From Bacteroidales bacterium (GTDB taxonomy: Bacteria; Bacteroidota; Bacteroidia; Bacteroidales; UBA932): a stretch of 64,000 bases of DNA. The notes below the pieces were generated by a model. It worked only from the letters and a program-made list of their open reading frames with translations. It searched no databases and was not told the origin of the DNA. Both the position numbers and the translations under genes were made by a program. Positions 9,110-19,049 of this stretch are shown piece by piece. Each line of letters begins with the position of its first letter. Positions within the stretch are counted from its first letter, which is position 1. Where the stretch lies: assembly GCA_045641345.1 (NCBI GenBank), contig JAZUGR010000031.1, forward strand, positions 1,789 to 65,788, written 5' to 3'.

Positions 9110-9816
9110 TGCTCCATACCACCCGTCAGGGCGACAACGCCCTGGTCGTAAACGTCCTTGACGAAAATCTCGGGCGCTGTTCCCTGTTCCTGCGCGGAGT
9201 GGGCAGAAAAAGCGGAAGGACAACGGCGGCATTCCACAGCCTCAACGTCCTTGACATCGTCACCGTCACCATCCCGCAGAGCAGCATGCCATTGCTCAAG
9301 GAGTTCACCCCGGTCCTCCCCCTCGACTCCCTGCGGAGCGACATCCGCAAAAGTTCGATTGCCATCTTTATCTGCGAAGTCCTTTTCAGGGTCCTGCGAA
9401 GCGGCGACGGGGATGAGAGTCTGCTGGGCTTCCTTCAGGATTGTGCGGTGGAGTTGAACGGAGCCCGTGGGAATACGGCCAACTTCCACCTCTGGTGGCT
9501 TGCGGCCTTCTGCTGCAGGATGGGATTCAGACCCGAAGACAATTATTCGCCGAGCGCCGCCCCGCTGTTCGACATTGCCTCAGCCCGGTTTGTCCGCAAT
9601 GCGGCCGGCGGGGGGAATCCCGGTATCTTTCCTCCGGAAGATTCAATCCTCCTGCACCGGATGCTGACATCCACTCTCGAGGAGGCGCTCGAAATCCCGC
9701 TCCCCTCTGCCGGAAGGCAATCTTTTGCAAGGCACCTTCTGGCATTTCTCTCGCACCATCTGGGGCAGAGCCTCAACATCCGTTCGCTCGACGTGCTTCA
9801 CGCCGTATTCAACTGA
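9079..9816 (+). CDS. recO: DNA repair protein RecO
   Basis: 245 aa. The OB-fold N-terminus SKSRAIVLHTTRQGDNALVVNVLDENLGRCSLF is RecO-like. It overlaps rdgB by 31 nt. Confidence 0.85.
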   Translation: MPLVSKSRAIVLHTTRQGDNALVVNVLDENLGRCSLFLRGVGRKSGRTTAAFHSLNVLDIVTVTIPQSSMPLLKEFTPVLPLDSLRSDIRKSSIAIFICEVLFRVLRSGDGDESLLGFLQDCAVELNGARGNTANFHLWWLAAFCCRMGFRPEDNYSPSAAPLFDIASARFVRNAAGGGNPGIFPPEDSILLHRMLTSTLEEALEIPLPSAGRQSFARHLLAFLSHHLGQSLNIRSLDVLHAVFN

Positions 9817-9830
9817 AAAGCCGCAAAGCT

Positions 9831-12800
9831 TCACGCGAACCACTTGTCGGCAGGCTTGAGCACTATCTTGTGGGGGATGCCCATCGAATCCAGGGCATCA
9901 AGCAGTTCGTATGACGGGGAAACCAGATACTTCTTCGAGAACATGGTCACCGTATCGGGCTCGCTTTCGTAGGAGTATTTGACATCGACAAACACCCTGG
10001 CCTTGCCTTTGTGCGACTTGAGAATTTTCAGAAGCTGCTTGCGGAACGCCTCGTCGCTCCTGCCAAGGGGAAACGCGATATGCACCTCCGACACATATTC
10101 GTCCCTGGTGTTGGCAAGCAGAGCCATATTCTGAATCTTGACGGCATACACTTCGGGGGCACCGTCGGCATCCTCCTTCCTGCGATATTTCAGGGAAGTG
10201 CTGCACCTTATCAGCACTGGGGTATGCAGGGTGGTGTATTTCATGAAATTTTCGTAATCCTTCCCATAGAGGCGGAACGTATAGCTGCCCGTATAGTCCT
10301 CTATGGTAAACGAAATCATAGGCTTGCCGGTGGATCTGGTATAACCGCTCTCGCTCTGGACCACAAGACCAGCCACGGTGAATATTTTGTTCTGTACCGA
10401 CCTGTCGCTGTCGAGAAGCGATTCCACCTCGTTCAGACGGGCCAGCGTGGCGTTGGTGAAGTTGTCCATCTCGAACTTGAACCTGTCGAGAGGGTGGCTG
10501 GAGATATACATCCCCACAAGGTCCTTTTCCCTCTTGAGCATTTCGATTTCATCGTACTCTTCGGCAACGGGAATCTCCGGACGGACGGGCTTGAGTTCCT
10601 CCACCGCACCGAAAAGATTCGAAGACCCCGAGATGCTGTCGTTCTGGAACTGATAGGCGTAGTGAAGCAGGCTGTCGAGGAACTGTCCGTCCTTGCCGGA
10701 AGGGAGGAAGAATGCCGCACGGGAAACACCGCAGCAACTGTCGAACGCCCCGGAATAAATCAGGTTCTCCATCATCTTGCGGTTGACTACCCTCACAGGC
10801 ACCCTTTCCACGAAATCGAACACGTCGCGGAACGGCCCGCCCTTGGCGCGCTCTTTGGTCAACTCTTCGATGACGTTCGTACCCACGCCCTTTATTCCCG
10901 CCATACCGAAGCGGATATTGCCTTCGGCGTTAACCGTAAAGGCCGTGTCGCTTTCGTTTATGTCGGGGCTGAGCACCTTTATCCCGCTGCGGCGGCAATC
11001 GTCCATCAACTTGACAATCTCGTCCATGTTGCCGAGATTGCAGCTCAGGTTGGCGGCGAGGAACTCCGCCGGATAATGACATTTAAGCCATCCGGTCTGA
11101 TAACTTACCCAGGCATAGCAGGTGGCGTGCGACTTGTTGAACGCATACTGGGCGAACTTCTCCCAGTCCTTCCATATCTTGTCGAGCTTCTTTTCGGGAT
11201 GGCCGTTGGCCTGCCCGCCCTCCATAAACTTGTCCTTCAAAGAGTTCAGAATATCTATCTGCTTCTTTCCCATTGCCTTGCGAAGCTTGTCGGCCTCGCC
11301 TTTGGTAAAGCCCGCAAGTTTCTGCGAAAGAAGCATCACCTGCTCCTGATAGACGGTGACGCCGTATGTATCCTGAAGGAATTCCTCCATTTCGGGGAGG
11401 TCGTATTCTATCTGCTTGAGCCCCTGCTTGCGGTCCACGAAGTCGGGGATGTAGTCCATAGGCCCCGGGCGGTAGAGGGCGTTCATCGCAATCAGGTCCT
11501 CGAACCGGGTGGGATGCAGCTTCTGAAGCCAGGTCTTCATTCCGGGCGATTCGAACTGGAACACGGCGGTCGTATCGCCGCGCCCATACAGCTCATAGGT
11601 CGGACCGTCATCTATCGGAATCGCTTCGATGTCGATGTCGACACCCTTCGTTTTCTTTATCAGATCAAGCGTGGCGTGAATTATCGAAAGGGTGTTGAGC
11701 CCGAGAAAGTCCATCTTGAGCATCCCCACGTCTTCGATGTAGTGACCGTCGTACTGTGACGTCCACACGTCTTCACCCGAATTGGGGTCCTTGGAGAGGC
11801 AGATGGGAATATAATCCATCAGATTGCCACGGCCTATGATGGTGGCACAGGCATGCTGCCCCACCTGACGCACACTACCCTCCAGCTGCCCGGCATACTT
11901 CAGGACCTCACGGTTGATTTCGGTGCCGTTTTCCAGCTCGTTCTTGAAATCCGGAACAAGACGGTAACAGTTGCCGAGCGTGATTTTCACGTCCCTGTCC
12001 TCCATCCCCTTCTGGAATGTCTTTTTGACGGATATCTTCTGCCCCTCATTCTGCGGATCATCGACCTCCACATCCTTGACAAACGACTTGAAGCCGGGTT
12101 TGAGAGTATCCAGCTTGGGGTTGAAGGGATATTCGGCTTCCACCCTTTCGCTAAGATGTTCGGGCACCATTTTGGTGAGCCTGGTGGATTCGTCTATCGT
12201 GACGTGGCTTATGCGTGCCACGTCCTTTATGGAACTTTTGGCTGCCAGCGTGCCGAAGGTTATGACGCGTGAAACGTGGTCCTTGCCATATTTCTTCTCC
12301 ACATAATCGTGGGCAGCGGCCAGATTCTCGAAGTCCACGTCGATATCGGGCATACTTATGCGGTCGGGGTTGAGAAAGCGCTCGAACAGGAGATTGTATT
12401 TGAGCGGGTCGAGATTCGTAATCTTAAGGCAATATGCAACCACAGCCCCGGCAGCACTGCCTCGGCCCGGCCCGACGAGATACCCCTGCGAGCGCATAGC
12501 CGCAATGTAGTCCTGCACTATCAGGAAATAGTCGGGGAATCCCATTCTGGAAATGGTCTTGAGCTCGAAATCGATTCTTTCGGCCTGCTCCACGCTGAGC
12601 TGCTGACCATATCTCTCCTTTGCACCCAGGTAGGTGAGGTGGCACAGATATGCCACGCTCCGGCAGAACTCGTCACCGCGATAGTTCCCCTTCTTGTCGT
12701 TGCGTCCGGCATCGATCACGTCCTTGTACTTTTCAAGCTGGGCCGGCATATCTGCCATAAAGGCGGGATCTATCTCGAAACGGGGCAGTACCGGGTCGCG

Positions 12801-13703
12801 GTCGATCTTGTAAACCTCCACCTTGGAGGCAATCTCGAGCGTATTTGCCACAACCTCGGGATGGTCGGGGAAAAGCGAAAGCATCTCATCTTCGCTCTTG
12901 AGGTATTCCTGCTGGGTATAGTAGAGACGGTCGGGATCGTCGATGTCGGCATTTGTTGTGAGGCATATCAGACGGTCGTGAGAGGGACCGTCCTCCTTTT
13001 CGACGAAATGAACGTCGTTGGTGGCCACCACCTTCACGCCGAACTTCTCGGAAAGGCGGAATATCTCTCCGTTAACCCCGGTCTGCTGCTGCCATACTTC
13101 GTTGATCTCCGCCATCACTTTGTCGGGAAGACCCTGGCGCTCCGTTTTATGGAGCATCACTTCGAAGTAGTAGTCATCTCCGAAAAGCTCCTTGTGCCAC
13201 TTCACCGCGGCCTCGACCTCCGCCATATCGCCCGCCATAATCTTCTTGGGAATCTCTCCCGCAAGGCAGGCGGAACAGCAGATGAGGTTTTCGTGGTACC
13301 TGGCCACCACATCGTGCGACACCCTCGGCTTGTCGTAGTACTTGCCCTCGATATGCCCCGTGGAGACGATTTTCATCAGATTCCTGTAGCCATCGTAATT
13401 CTTGGCCAGAAGGGTGAGGTGGTAATAGCCCCTGTGCTCCTTGTCCTTGAGGGTGTGGTCGTATTTGGAGACATATATCTCACATCCTATTATGGGCTTG
13501 ACTATCGGAGCCCCGGAAGCGTCGAGATTCTTTTTGTCATAGGCATACTTGAAAAACTCCTTTACGCCATACATATTGCCGTGGTCGGTTATGGCCAGGG
13601 CAGGCATTCCGAGCTCACGTGCGCGCTCGAACAGCTTCTTGATGGATGAAAGTCCGTCAAGAATGGAATACTGGGTGTGGACGTGGAGGTGTACGAACGC
13701 CAT
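9831..13703 (-). CDS. dnaE: DNA polymerase III subunit alpha
   Basis: 1290 aa. PHP domain start FVHLHVHTQYSILDG, polymerase core, and OB-fold near the C-terminus. Confidence 0.97.
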   Translation of the reverse strand: MAFVHLHVHTQYSILDGLSSIKKLFERARELGMPALAITDHGNMYGVKEFFKYAYDKKNLDASGAPIVKPIIGCEIYVSKYDHTLKDKEHRGYYHLTLLAKNYDGYRNLMKIVSTGHIEGKYYDKPRVSHDVVARYHENLICCSACLAGEIPKKIMAGDMAEVEAAVKWHKELFGDDYYFEVMLHKTERQGLPDKVMAEINEVWQQQTGVNGEIFRLSEKFGVKVVATNDVHFVEKEDGPSHDRLICLTTNADIDDPDRLYYTQQEYLKSEDEMLSLFPDHPEVVANTLEIASKVEVYKIDRDPVLPRFEIDPAFMADMPAQLEKYKDVIDAGRNDKKGNYRGDEFCRSVAYLCHLTYLGAKERYGQQLSVEQAERIDFELKTISRMGFPDYFLIVQDYIAAMRSQGYLVGPGRGSAAGAVVAYCLKITNLDPLKYNLLFERFLNPDRISMPDIDVDFENLAAAHDYVEKKYGKDHVSRVITFGTLAAKSSIKDVARISHVTIDESTRLTKMVPEHLSERVEAEYPFNPKLDTLKPGFKSFVKDVEVDDPQNEGQKISVKKTFQKGMEDRDVKITLGNCYRLVPDFKNELENGTEINREVLKYAGQLEGSVRQVGQHACATIIGRGNLMDYIPICLSKDPNSGEDVWTSQYDGHYIEDVGMLKMDFLGLNTLSIIHATLDLIKKTKGVDIDIEAIPIDDGPTYELYGRGDTTAVFQFESPGMKTWLQKLHPTRFEDLIAMNALYRPGPMDYIPDFVDRKQGLKQIEYDLPEMEEFLQDTYGVTVYQEQVMLLSQKLAGFTKGEADKLRKAMGKKQIDILNSLKDKFMEGGQANGHPEKKLDKIWKDWEKFAQYAFNKSHATCYAWVSYQTGWLKCHYPAEFLAANLSCNLGNMDEIVKLMDDCRRSGIKVLSPDINESDTAFTVNAEGNIRFGMAGIKGVGTNVIEELTKERAKGGPFRDVFDFVERVPVRVVNRKMMENLIYSGAFDSCCGVSRAAFFLPSGKDGQFLDSLLHYAYQFQNDSISGSSNLFGAVEELKPVRPEIPVAEEYDEIEMLKREKDLVGMYISSHPLDRFKFEMDNFTNATLARLNEVESLLDSDRSVQNKIFTVAGLVVQSESGYTRSTGKPMISFTIEDYTGSYTFRLYGKDYENFMKYTTLHTPVLIRCSTSLKYRRKEDADGAPEVYAVKIQNMALLANTRDEYVSEVHIAFPLGRSDEAFRKQLLKILKSHKGKARVFVDVKYSYESEPDTVTMFSKKYLVSPSYELLDALDSMGIPHKIVLKPADKWFA

Positions 13704-13704
13704 A

Positions 13705-15228
13705 TCAGTGCTTTATCAGAGATTTTCCCGTCATCGCCGCAGGCCGGGGTATGCCCATCAGTTCGAGGATGGTGGGTGCAATATCGCAGAGGCGTCCGTC
13801 TTCGAGAGCCTTTACGTCATCGTCCACTACTATGAACTGTACCTTGTTGAGGGAGTGGGCCGTATTGGGAGTTCCGTCTTCGTTCACGGCGTGGTCGGCA
13901 TTGCCGTGGTCGGCGGTGATGATAACGGAATAGCCCGCTTTCCGCGCCTCGCGCACAAGCTCACCTGTTGCGGAATCGATATATTTCACAGCCTTGACTA
14001 TGGCGTCATACACTCCGGTATGGCCCACCATATCGCCGTTGGCGAAATTGAGTATTATCAAATCGTGCCTGCCCGTTGCGATATCTGCCGCAAGGGCCTC
14101 CTTTACCTGTGGCGCGCTCATTTCGGGCTGCAGGTCGTAGGTTGCAACCTTGGGGGAGTTTATCAGAATGCGGTCTTCATTCCCGAAGGGAGCCTCGCGC
14201 CCTCCGTTGAAGAAGAAAGTGACGTGTGCGTATTTTTCGGTCTCGGCAATGCGGAGCTGGGTGCGCCCGGCCTTCGAGACAACCTCTCCAAGCGTTTCCT
14301 GTACGTTCTCCTTGGGGAAGAGGATATGCAGCCCCTTGAATGAGTCGTCGTAGGGGGTAAGGCAGCAGTAATAGAGAGGGATGGTGTGCATCCCCTCCCC
14401 GGGCATATCCTGCTGCGTGAGAGCGGCGGTTATCTCGCGGGCCCTGTCGTTGCGGAAGTTGAAGAAGATTACGGCATCTCCCTCCTCTATGCGTGCCAGA
14501 GGTGCTCCGGATGCATCCGTGATGCATACAGGCTTGATGAATTCATCCGTCACCCCTGCGTCGTATGATGCCTGGATGGCCTCGACGGCGGAGGTGAATT
14601 CCGCACCCTTGCCGCTGACCATCAGGTCGTATCCCTCTCTCACCCTCTCCCATCTCTTGTCGCGGTCCATCGTGTAGAAGCGGCCGCAGAGGGATGCAAT
14701 CTTTCCGGTGGTTGCAGCCATCCTCTCCTCGAGTTCTTCAATGAAACCCTTTCCGCTCCTGGGGTCGGTGTCACGCCCGTCCATAAGACAGTGCACGAAG
14801 ACATCCTTCAGCCCCGCCTTCTTCGCTTCTGCGAGGAATTCGTAGAGATGGTTGAGGGAGCTGTGCACCCCGCCGTGGGAGCAGAGACCTATGAAGTGGA
14901 GCTTCTTCCCGCTCCGGGCCACATAGTCGTATGCCGCCCTTATCTCCTTGTTCTCAAGAAATGCGTGGGCCCGGCAGGCCTTGTTTATCTTCACGAGGTC
15001 CTGATATACCACGCGGCCTCCGCCGATGTTGAGGTGGCCCACCTCGGAGTTGCCCATCTGCCCGTCGGGAAGACCCACATCCTCTCCGCAGGCAGAAAGA
15101 TGTGAATGGGGATATGCGGCGCGCAATGCGTCTATTTCGGGTTGTCCGGCCGTATAAATGGCATTGGAACTGTCGGCAGCCCCCTCGCCCCAGCCGTCCA
15201 GAATCATAAGCAGGACCTTCTTGTTCAT
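13705..15228 (-). CDS. gpmI: 2,3-bisphosphoglycerate-independent phosphoglycerate mutase
   Basis: 507 aa. [20 protein letters not shown] and the ADHGNA metal-site blocks. Only 1 nt separates it from the dnaE start. Confidence 0.95.
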   Translation of the reverse strand: MNKKVLLMILDGWGEGAADSSNAIYTAGQPEIDALRAAYPHSHLSACGEDVGLPDGQMGNSEVGHLNIGGGRVVYQDLVKINKACRAHAFLENKEIRAAYDYVARSGKKLHFIGLCSHGGVHSSLNHLYEFLAEAKKAGLKDVFVHCLMDGRDTDPRSGKGFIEELEERMAATTGKIASLCGRFYTMDRDKRWERVREGYDLMVSGKGAEFTSAVEAIQASYDAGVTDEFIKPVCITDASGAPLARIEEGDAVIFFNFRNDRAREITAALTQQDMPGEGMHTIPLYYCCLTPYDDSFKGLHILFPKENVQETLGEVVSKAGRTQLRIAETEKYAHVTFFFNGGREAPFGNEDRILINSPKVATYDLQPEMSAPQVKEALAADIATGRHDLIILNFANGDMVGHTGVYDAIVKAVKYIDSATGELVREARKAGYSVIITADHGNADHAVNEDGTPNTAHSLNKVQFIVVDDDVKALEDGRLCDIAPTILELMGIPRPAAMTGKSLIKH

Positions 15229-15272
15229 AACATGGCAAATTTACTAAAAATTCCGTCAGCCCCTGACAATTG

Positions 15273-17015
15273 TCAGTTCTTTCCCAGATTCGGTGTGGTC
15301 ATTGATTTGCGGGCATTGAAATAATCGAGGAACACCGGCTGGAGAATATCCGTGCGCTCCTTTCTTGGATTGCTTACCACTTCCATCGTACCGTCACGTT
15401 CCACTACCATCGTCCTACGCTCCTTACTGTCATATTTGTCCCATCCCGGATTGCCCGTCTTTGCGAATCGGATGAAAGCCTTGCTCCATGATTCGCACAG
15501 GTTTTTCAGTTCCGGATTGAAAGTGGGATGAGTCTGGTTGTTGAACGCATAGATAACGTCAGAAGCGTGGCAGGAGCCGATAAACGGACATTGGCTCTTT
15601 ACGGCATATACGTAATGCGGCACACCGAAATAGTACATGTATGTATTGTTCCCGTTCCCCGAATGAAGGTCTGCCGTACAGATCGATCCCTGGCGGAAGA
15701 ACATTTCTGAAAGCAGGTCCGTCTTCCTCCAGATCTTCGGGTCGGGTTCGTAGGCAAACACTTCATCCATGTCACCCGGGCATTTCGCGATATATTCCTC
15801 CACTGCCTCCTTCACGCTCCCTCCACAGGTTCCCATATTGGTAATGGCAAGGTCGCAATACGCATTCCAATAGCCCAGATTCTCATCCGGATACTTGCTT
15901 TTATATTGGGGATTCATGATAGGAACGTTCATTTCAAGGAAAGTGAAATAGTTCATTTCGTCAAAGTCGGTGCCCACCATCAAGTCGACACCAGCGCCGG
16001 CGCCATTCTTCAGAGCTTCGAACGGATTGGGAAGAACGGCATCCGGACCGTCATCATAGACAGGGAATGATACCAGTGCGCCGAGAGTCCCACCCGAGAG
16101 CATGCCTCCATATGCGACCGGAGCCTCCAACGCATTCATCAGTTCCTCCTTTGTAAGTCCCTTGAGTCCGGCGAGGTCTGTTTTGCCGGTGACTTCCATC
16201 AGGCGTTTTGCCATATTGAGCGCCTTCCCGTCGTCCGTACTGTTGACGGCGGCAATGCGCGGGACGGTAAGGCTGCTTTCACCCGACATCATTATGGCCC
16301 GTTTGAACAAACCCTTCGAGCCCGGCATAACCATATGGCAGGCTACGCTGCCGCCACCGGCCGACTCTCCGAATATGGTTATGTCGTCCGGGTTGCCTCC
16401 GAACCGTGCGATGTTGCGCTTCACCCACTTCAAGGCCATCTGCTGGTCGAGAATGCCGAGAAGCCCCGCATTCTTGTATTCGTCGGTATAGCCAGGAACG
16501 TTGTCAAGGGGCATGAAACCCATTATCCCCACACGGTAATTTGTCGTCACCACAATGATGTCGGGGTCGGAGGCGGCAAGATATTGCCCGTCATACATCG
16601 GATCTACGGTACCGCCAAGAGCAAAAGCCCCTCCGTGGATATAGAACATCACCGTCTTCTTTGCGGACGGATCGAAATTCTTCGTCCAGATATTCAGGGT
16701 AAGACAATCTTCGTCCTTATCCTTGGAAGAAGCCGCCGGCTCGCTTCCGGAAGCATCCCCTGCCTGAATGGCAACATGCCCGAATTCCTTGCAGATTATT
16801 TCAGCATCCGACTCGGGCGCCTCAACCGGGTCTTTCCACCGATATTCGCCCACCGGAGGCACGGCAAACGGTATCCCCTTGAATATTGCCATATCACCTT
16901 CGGTGTATCCCACCATCCTGCCGTTGTGGCAGGCAATGGTCAGGGAATTGTCGTTCTTCACGCAGCCGGTCAACAATGCCATTGCGGCCGAAAACCATAA
17001 AATAATCTTTTTCAT
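15273..17015 (-). CDS. Type-B carboxylesterase/lipase family protein, exported lipoprotein
   Basis: Start taken at ATG 17015 (MKKIILWFSAAMALLTGC, lipobox); the track start is 17027. Nucleophile elbow ITIFGESAGGGS and the YRVGIMGF block of the type-B carboxylesterase family. Confidence 0.85.
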   Translation of the reverse strand: MKKIILWFSAAMALLTGCVKNDNSLTIACHNGRMVGYTEGDMAIFKGIPFAVPPVGEYRWKDPVEAPESDAEIICKEFGHVAIQAGDASGSEPAASSKDKDEDCLTLNIWTKNFDPSAKKTVMFYIHGGAFALGGTVDPMYDGQYLAASDPDIIVVTTNYRVGIMGFMPLDNVPGYTDEYKNAGLLGILDQQMALKWVKRNIARFGGNPDDITIFGESAGGGSVACHMVMPGSKGLFKRAIMMSGESSLTVPRIAAVNSTDDGKALNMAKRLMEVTGKTDLAGLKGLTKEELMNALEAPVAYGGMLSGGTLGALVSFPVYDDGPDAVLPNPFEALKNGAGAGVDLMVGTDFDEMNYFTFLEMNVPIMNPQYKSKYPDENLGYWNAYCDLAITNMGTCGGSVKEAVEEYIAKCPGDMDEVFAYEPDPKIWRKTDLLSEMFFRQGSICTADLHSGNGNNTYMYYFGVPHYVYAVKSQCPFIGSCHASDVIYAFNNQTHPTFNPELKNLCESWSKAFIRFAKTGNPGWDKYDSKERRTMVVERDGTMEVVSNPRKERTDILQPVFLDYFNARKSMTTPNLGKN

Positions 17016-17054
17016 ATCCGTTGTCATTAATTATTGCAAGTCTGTCTTCGCAGG

Positions 17055-17062
17055 CAAAACTA
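17055..17062 (-). promoter_or_regulatory. Candidate -7 box for the carboxylesterase gene
   Basis: The minus strand reads TAGTTTTG, 39 nt upstream of ATG 17015. Confidence 0.4.
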
Positions 17063-17158
17063 CTTCACCTTCCGCAGATTCGCAACATCCGAAAATCCGA
17101 TAAAGTTTTGCCGTTGGCCGGCGAAGTGCCATCTGCGAGTGCAAAAACACCCCGAAAC

Positions 17159-18946
17159 TCACCTCTCATAAACCTTCCTTCCTTCGAACCAGGTGGAAAC
17201 GACCCGAGTGGTGCGGATCTCAGTCACGGGGCATGTGAGCACGTCCTTGTCGGCAAGAACAAAGTCCGCGTATTTACCCACCTCTATGCTTCCGCGCTCC
17301 TTCTCGGCATGCATCTGGTATGCTCCATTGATGGTCAGTGCCTTAAGCGCCTGCTCACGGGTGATGAGCTCATCTTTCCAGAATTCCGGGGAAAGTTGGC
17401 CGGGATGCAGAATGCTGGGCGACTGTCCGCTGACTGCAATCTCCATTATTCCGAACGGGTCCTTGGGAGAACCTGCCGTGGCAGGATAATCACAATGGGA
17501 AGTCATCATCACCCCGTGATTGAAATAAGACCTCATCGGATAGGCCTTGCCTTTCAAGTTGAGCGGTACAATGTCATTCAGGGCATCCACAACCTCCTTG
17601 TCCATTGCGTGCCAAAGCAAGCCGCTTACAACCACGATGTCGTTTTCGGCGATAGCCTTGAAATCCTCTTCAGGCACATTGCGTGCATGGACTATCGTAT
17701 TGCGAGCCTCCTTGTTGTCGGAGGCGATGAAGGCGTTCAAAGCACGGTGCACCGCTCCGTCACCCATAGCGTGAATGTGCATCGTCATCCGTTTCGAATT
17801 TGCATAACCGGTAATCTCCGCCACTTCATTTTCCTCCCAGTTTGATATCCCATAACCGAACTCCTTGCGCTGATAAGGCTGCGTAGTGAGCCCCGTTCCG
17901 CCTTCAACCGTGCCGTCAATGAAAATCTTCACATAGTTGGCGTTGATGTGGCCGCCGCTGTATTTCCTCGTATCTACGGCCGCGTCTATTTCATCCCTGA
18001 AATCCTCGCAGGAGCTTTCGAATTCATATGGCAGACCGAGCAGTATGTCGAGCTGACCATTGTCGTCCATTGCCCTTGCAGCCTCGTAGAATACATTTGT
18101 GCCGTAATAATTGGCCCAACCGTCCATATAGGAGACGAAACCGTATGAATGAAGTGTATCCTGTGATTTTCTGACAGCATCCATCGCCAGCGTTACCGGG
18201 AGCAGATCATTGAAGTTGATGCCTTTTTTACGGATGTACGTGCTGGCCTGCTCCTTGAGAAGACCGTTCGGCTTCCCAGTCCCGCTGTCCATACAGATTT
18301 CTCCACCGCGGATATCGCCGGCCTTCTTGAGAACGGTGCCGTCCGCTTTCATAATGCCTGCATTTACAAGGCAAAGAGTGTTGGCAAGGCCTTTGTGCCC
18401 CTCGGAATCGCTCACAAAAAGAGCGATGTCAGGGCAGATTTCATCCAGATCCTCCCGACTGGGCATTCCCTCATCCAGAAAGCTCTGATACAGCCACCCG
18501 AAACCATAGATACTGGATTTCCCGGCAGCCTCGGCCTGATTGTAACAGTCTTTTATGGCTTTTTTGAAATCCGCCACAGTGGTTTTGAAATCGATGTCCG
18601 GGCCTCCCATAAGGTCAAGTCCGTTCTTCATCAGATAATGCGCATGGCCTTCGTAGCATCCGGGAATCACGATACCTTCAGTATGGTGGATGGTCTTCAT
18701 ATCTTCAGTGATATATTTTGCCGCCCCGGCTTTCGAACCCACGTATATGAACCTGCCATCCTTTACGACAAATGCTTCCGCAATCGAGCAAGCCTCATCC
18801 GCAGTGAAGATTTTACCATAAACCGCAAAGTTCCTGCCGGTGAGAGAATCAGAATGTTCCGATTTGTCACAGGCAGCAAAAATAAAGATGCCGATGGATG
18901 CAATTGCACCGGCGATAAGCGTAAAAATATTTTTGATTGTTTTCAT
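17159..18946 (-). CDS. Metal-dependent amidohydrolase (YtcJ-like / Amidohydro_3 type), exported
   Basis: Start trimmed to ATG 18946 (MKTIKNIFTLIAGAIASIGIFIFAAC). HxH metal motif in PGCYEGHAHYL, a later HIHAMGD block, and a C-terminal ADFVLADKD block typical of this superfamily. Confidence 0.8.
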   Translation of the reverse strand: MKTIKNIFTLIAGAIASIGIFIFAACDKSEHSDSLTGRNFAVYGKIFTADEACSIAEAFVVKDGRFIYVGSKAGAAKYITEDMKTIHHTEGIVIPGCYEGHAHYLMKNGLDLMGGPDIDFKTTVADFKKAIKDCYNQAEAAGKSSIYGFGWLYQSFLDEGMPSREDLDEICPDIALFVSDSEGHKGLANTLCLVNAGIMKADGTVLKKAGDIRGGEICMDSGTGKPNGLLKEQASTYIRKKGINFNDLLPVTLAMDAVRKSQDTLHSYGFVSYMDGWANYYGTNVFYEAARAMDDNGQLDILLGLPYEFESSCEDFRDEIDAAVDTRKYSGGHINANYVKIFIDGTVEGGTGLTTQPYQRKEFGYGISNWEENEVAEITGYANSKRMTMHIHAMGDGAVHRALNAFIASDNKEARNTIVHARNVPEEDFKAIAENDIVVVSGLLWHAMDKEVVDALNDIVPLNLKGKAYPMRSYFNHGVMMTSHCDYPATAGSPKDPFGIMEIAVSGQSPSILHPGQLSPEFWKDELITREQALKALTINGAYQMHAEKERGSIEVGKYADFVLADKDVLTCPVTEIRTTRVVSTWFEGRKVYER

Positions 18947-19018
18947 TTTTGTGGAGCATCCCTTAAGGGTGCAAATGTACAAAAATTAGCAGCTTTCCGG
19001 AATTCCGGCAAATATTCT

Positions 19019-19026
19019 TATTTTTG
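19019..19026 (+). promoter_or_regulatory. Candidate -7 box for rnr
   Basis: TATTTTTG, 23 nt upstream of ATG 19050. Confidence 0.4.
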
Positions 19027-19049
19027 CATATCAAGGCAAAAGATTGGAT

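Noticed and set aside
15255-15276. Small palindromes (ctgacaattgtcag and gtcag-ccc-ctgac) after the carboxylesterase stop, as a possible terminator.
   Set aside because: The stems are only 5-7 bp and overlap the stop codon. The T-run is short and lies next to the gpmI start region, which is too weak to call.
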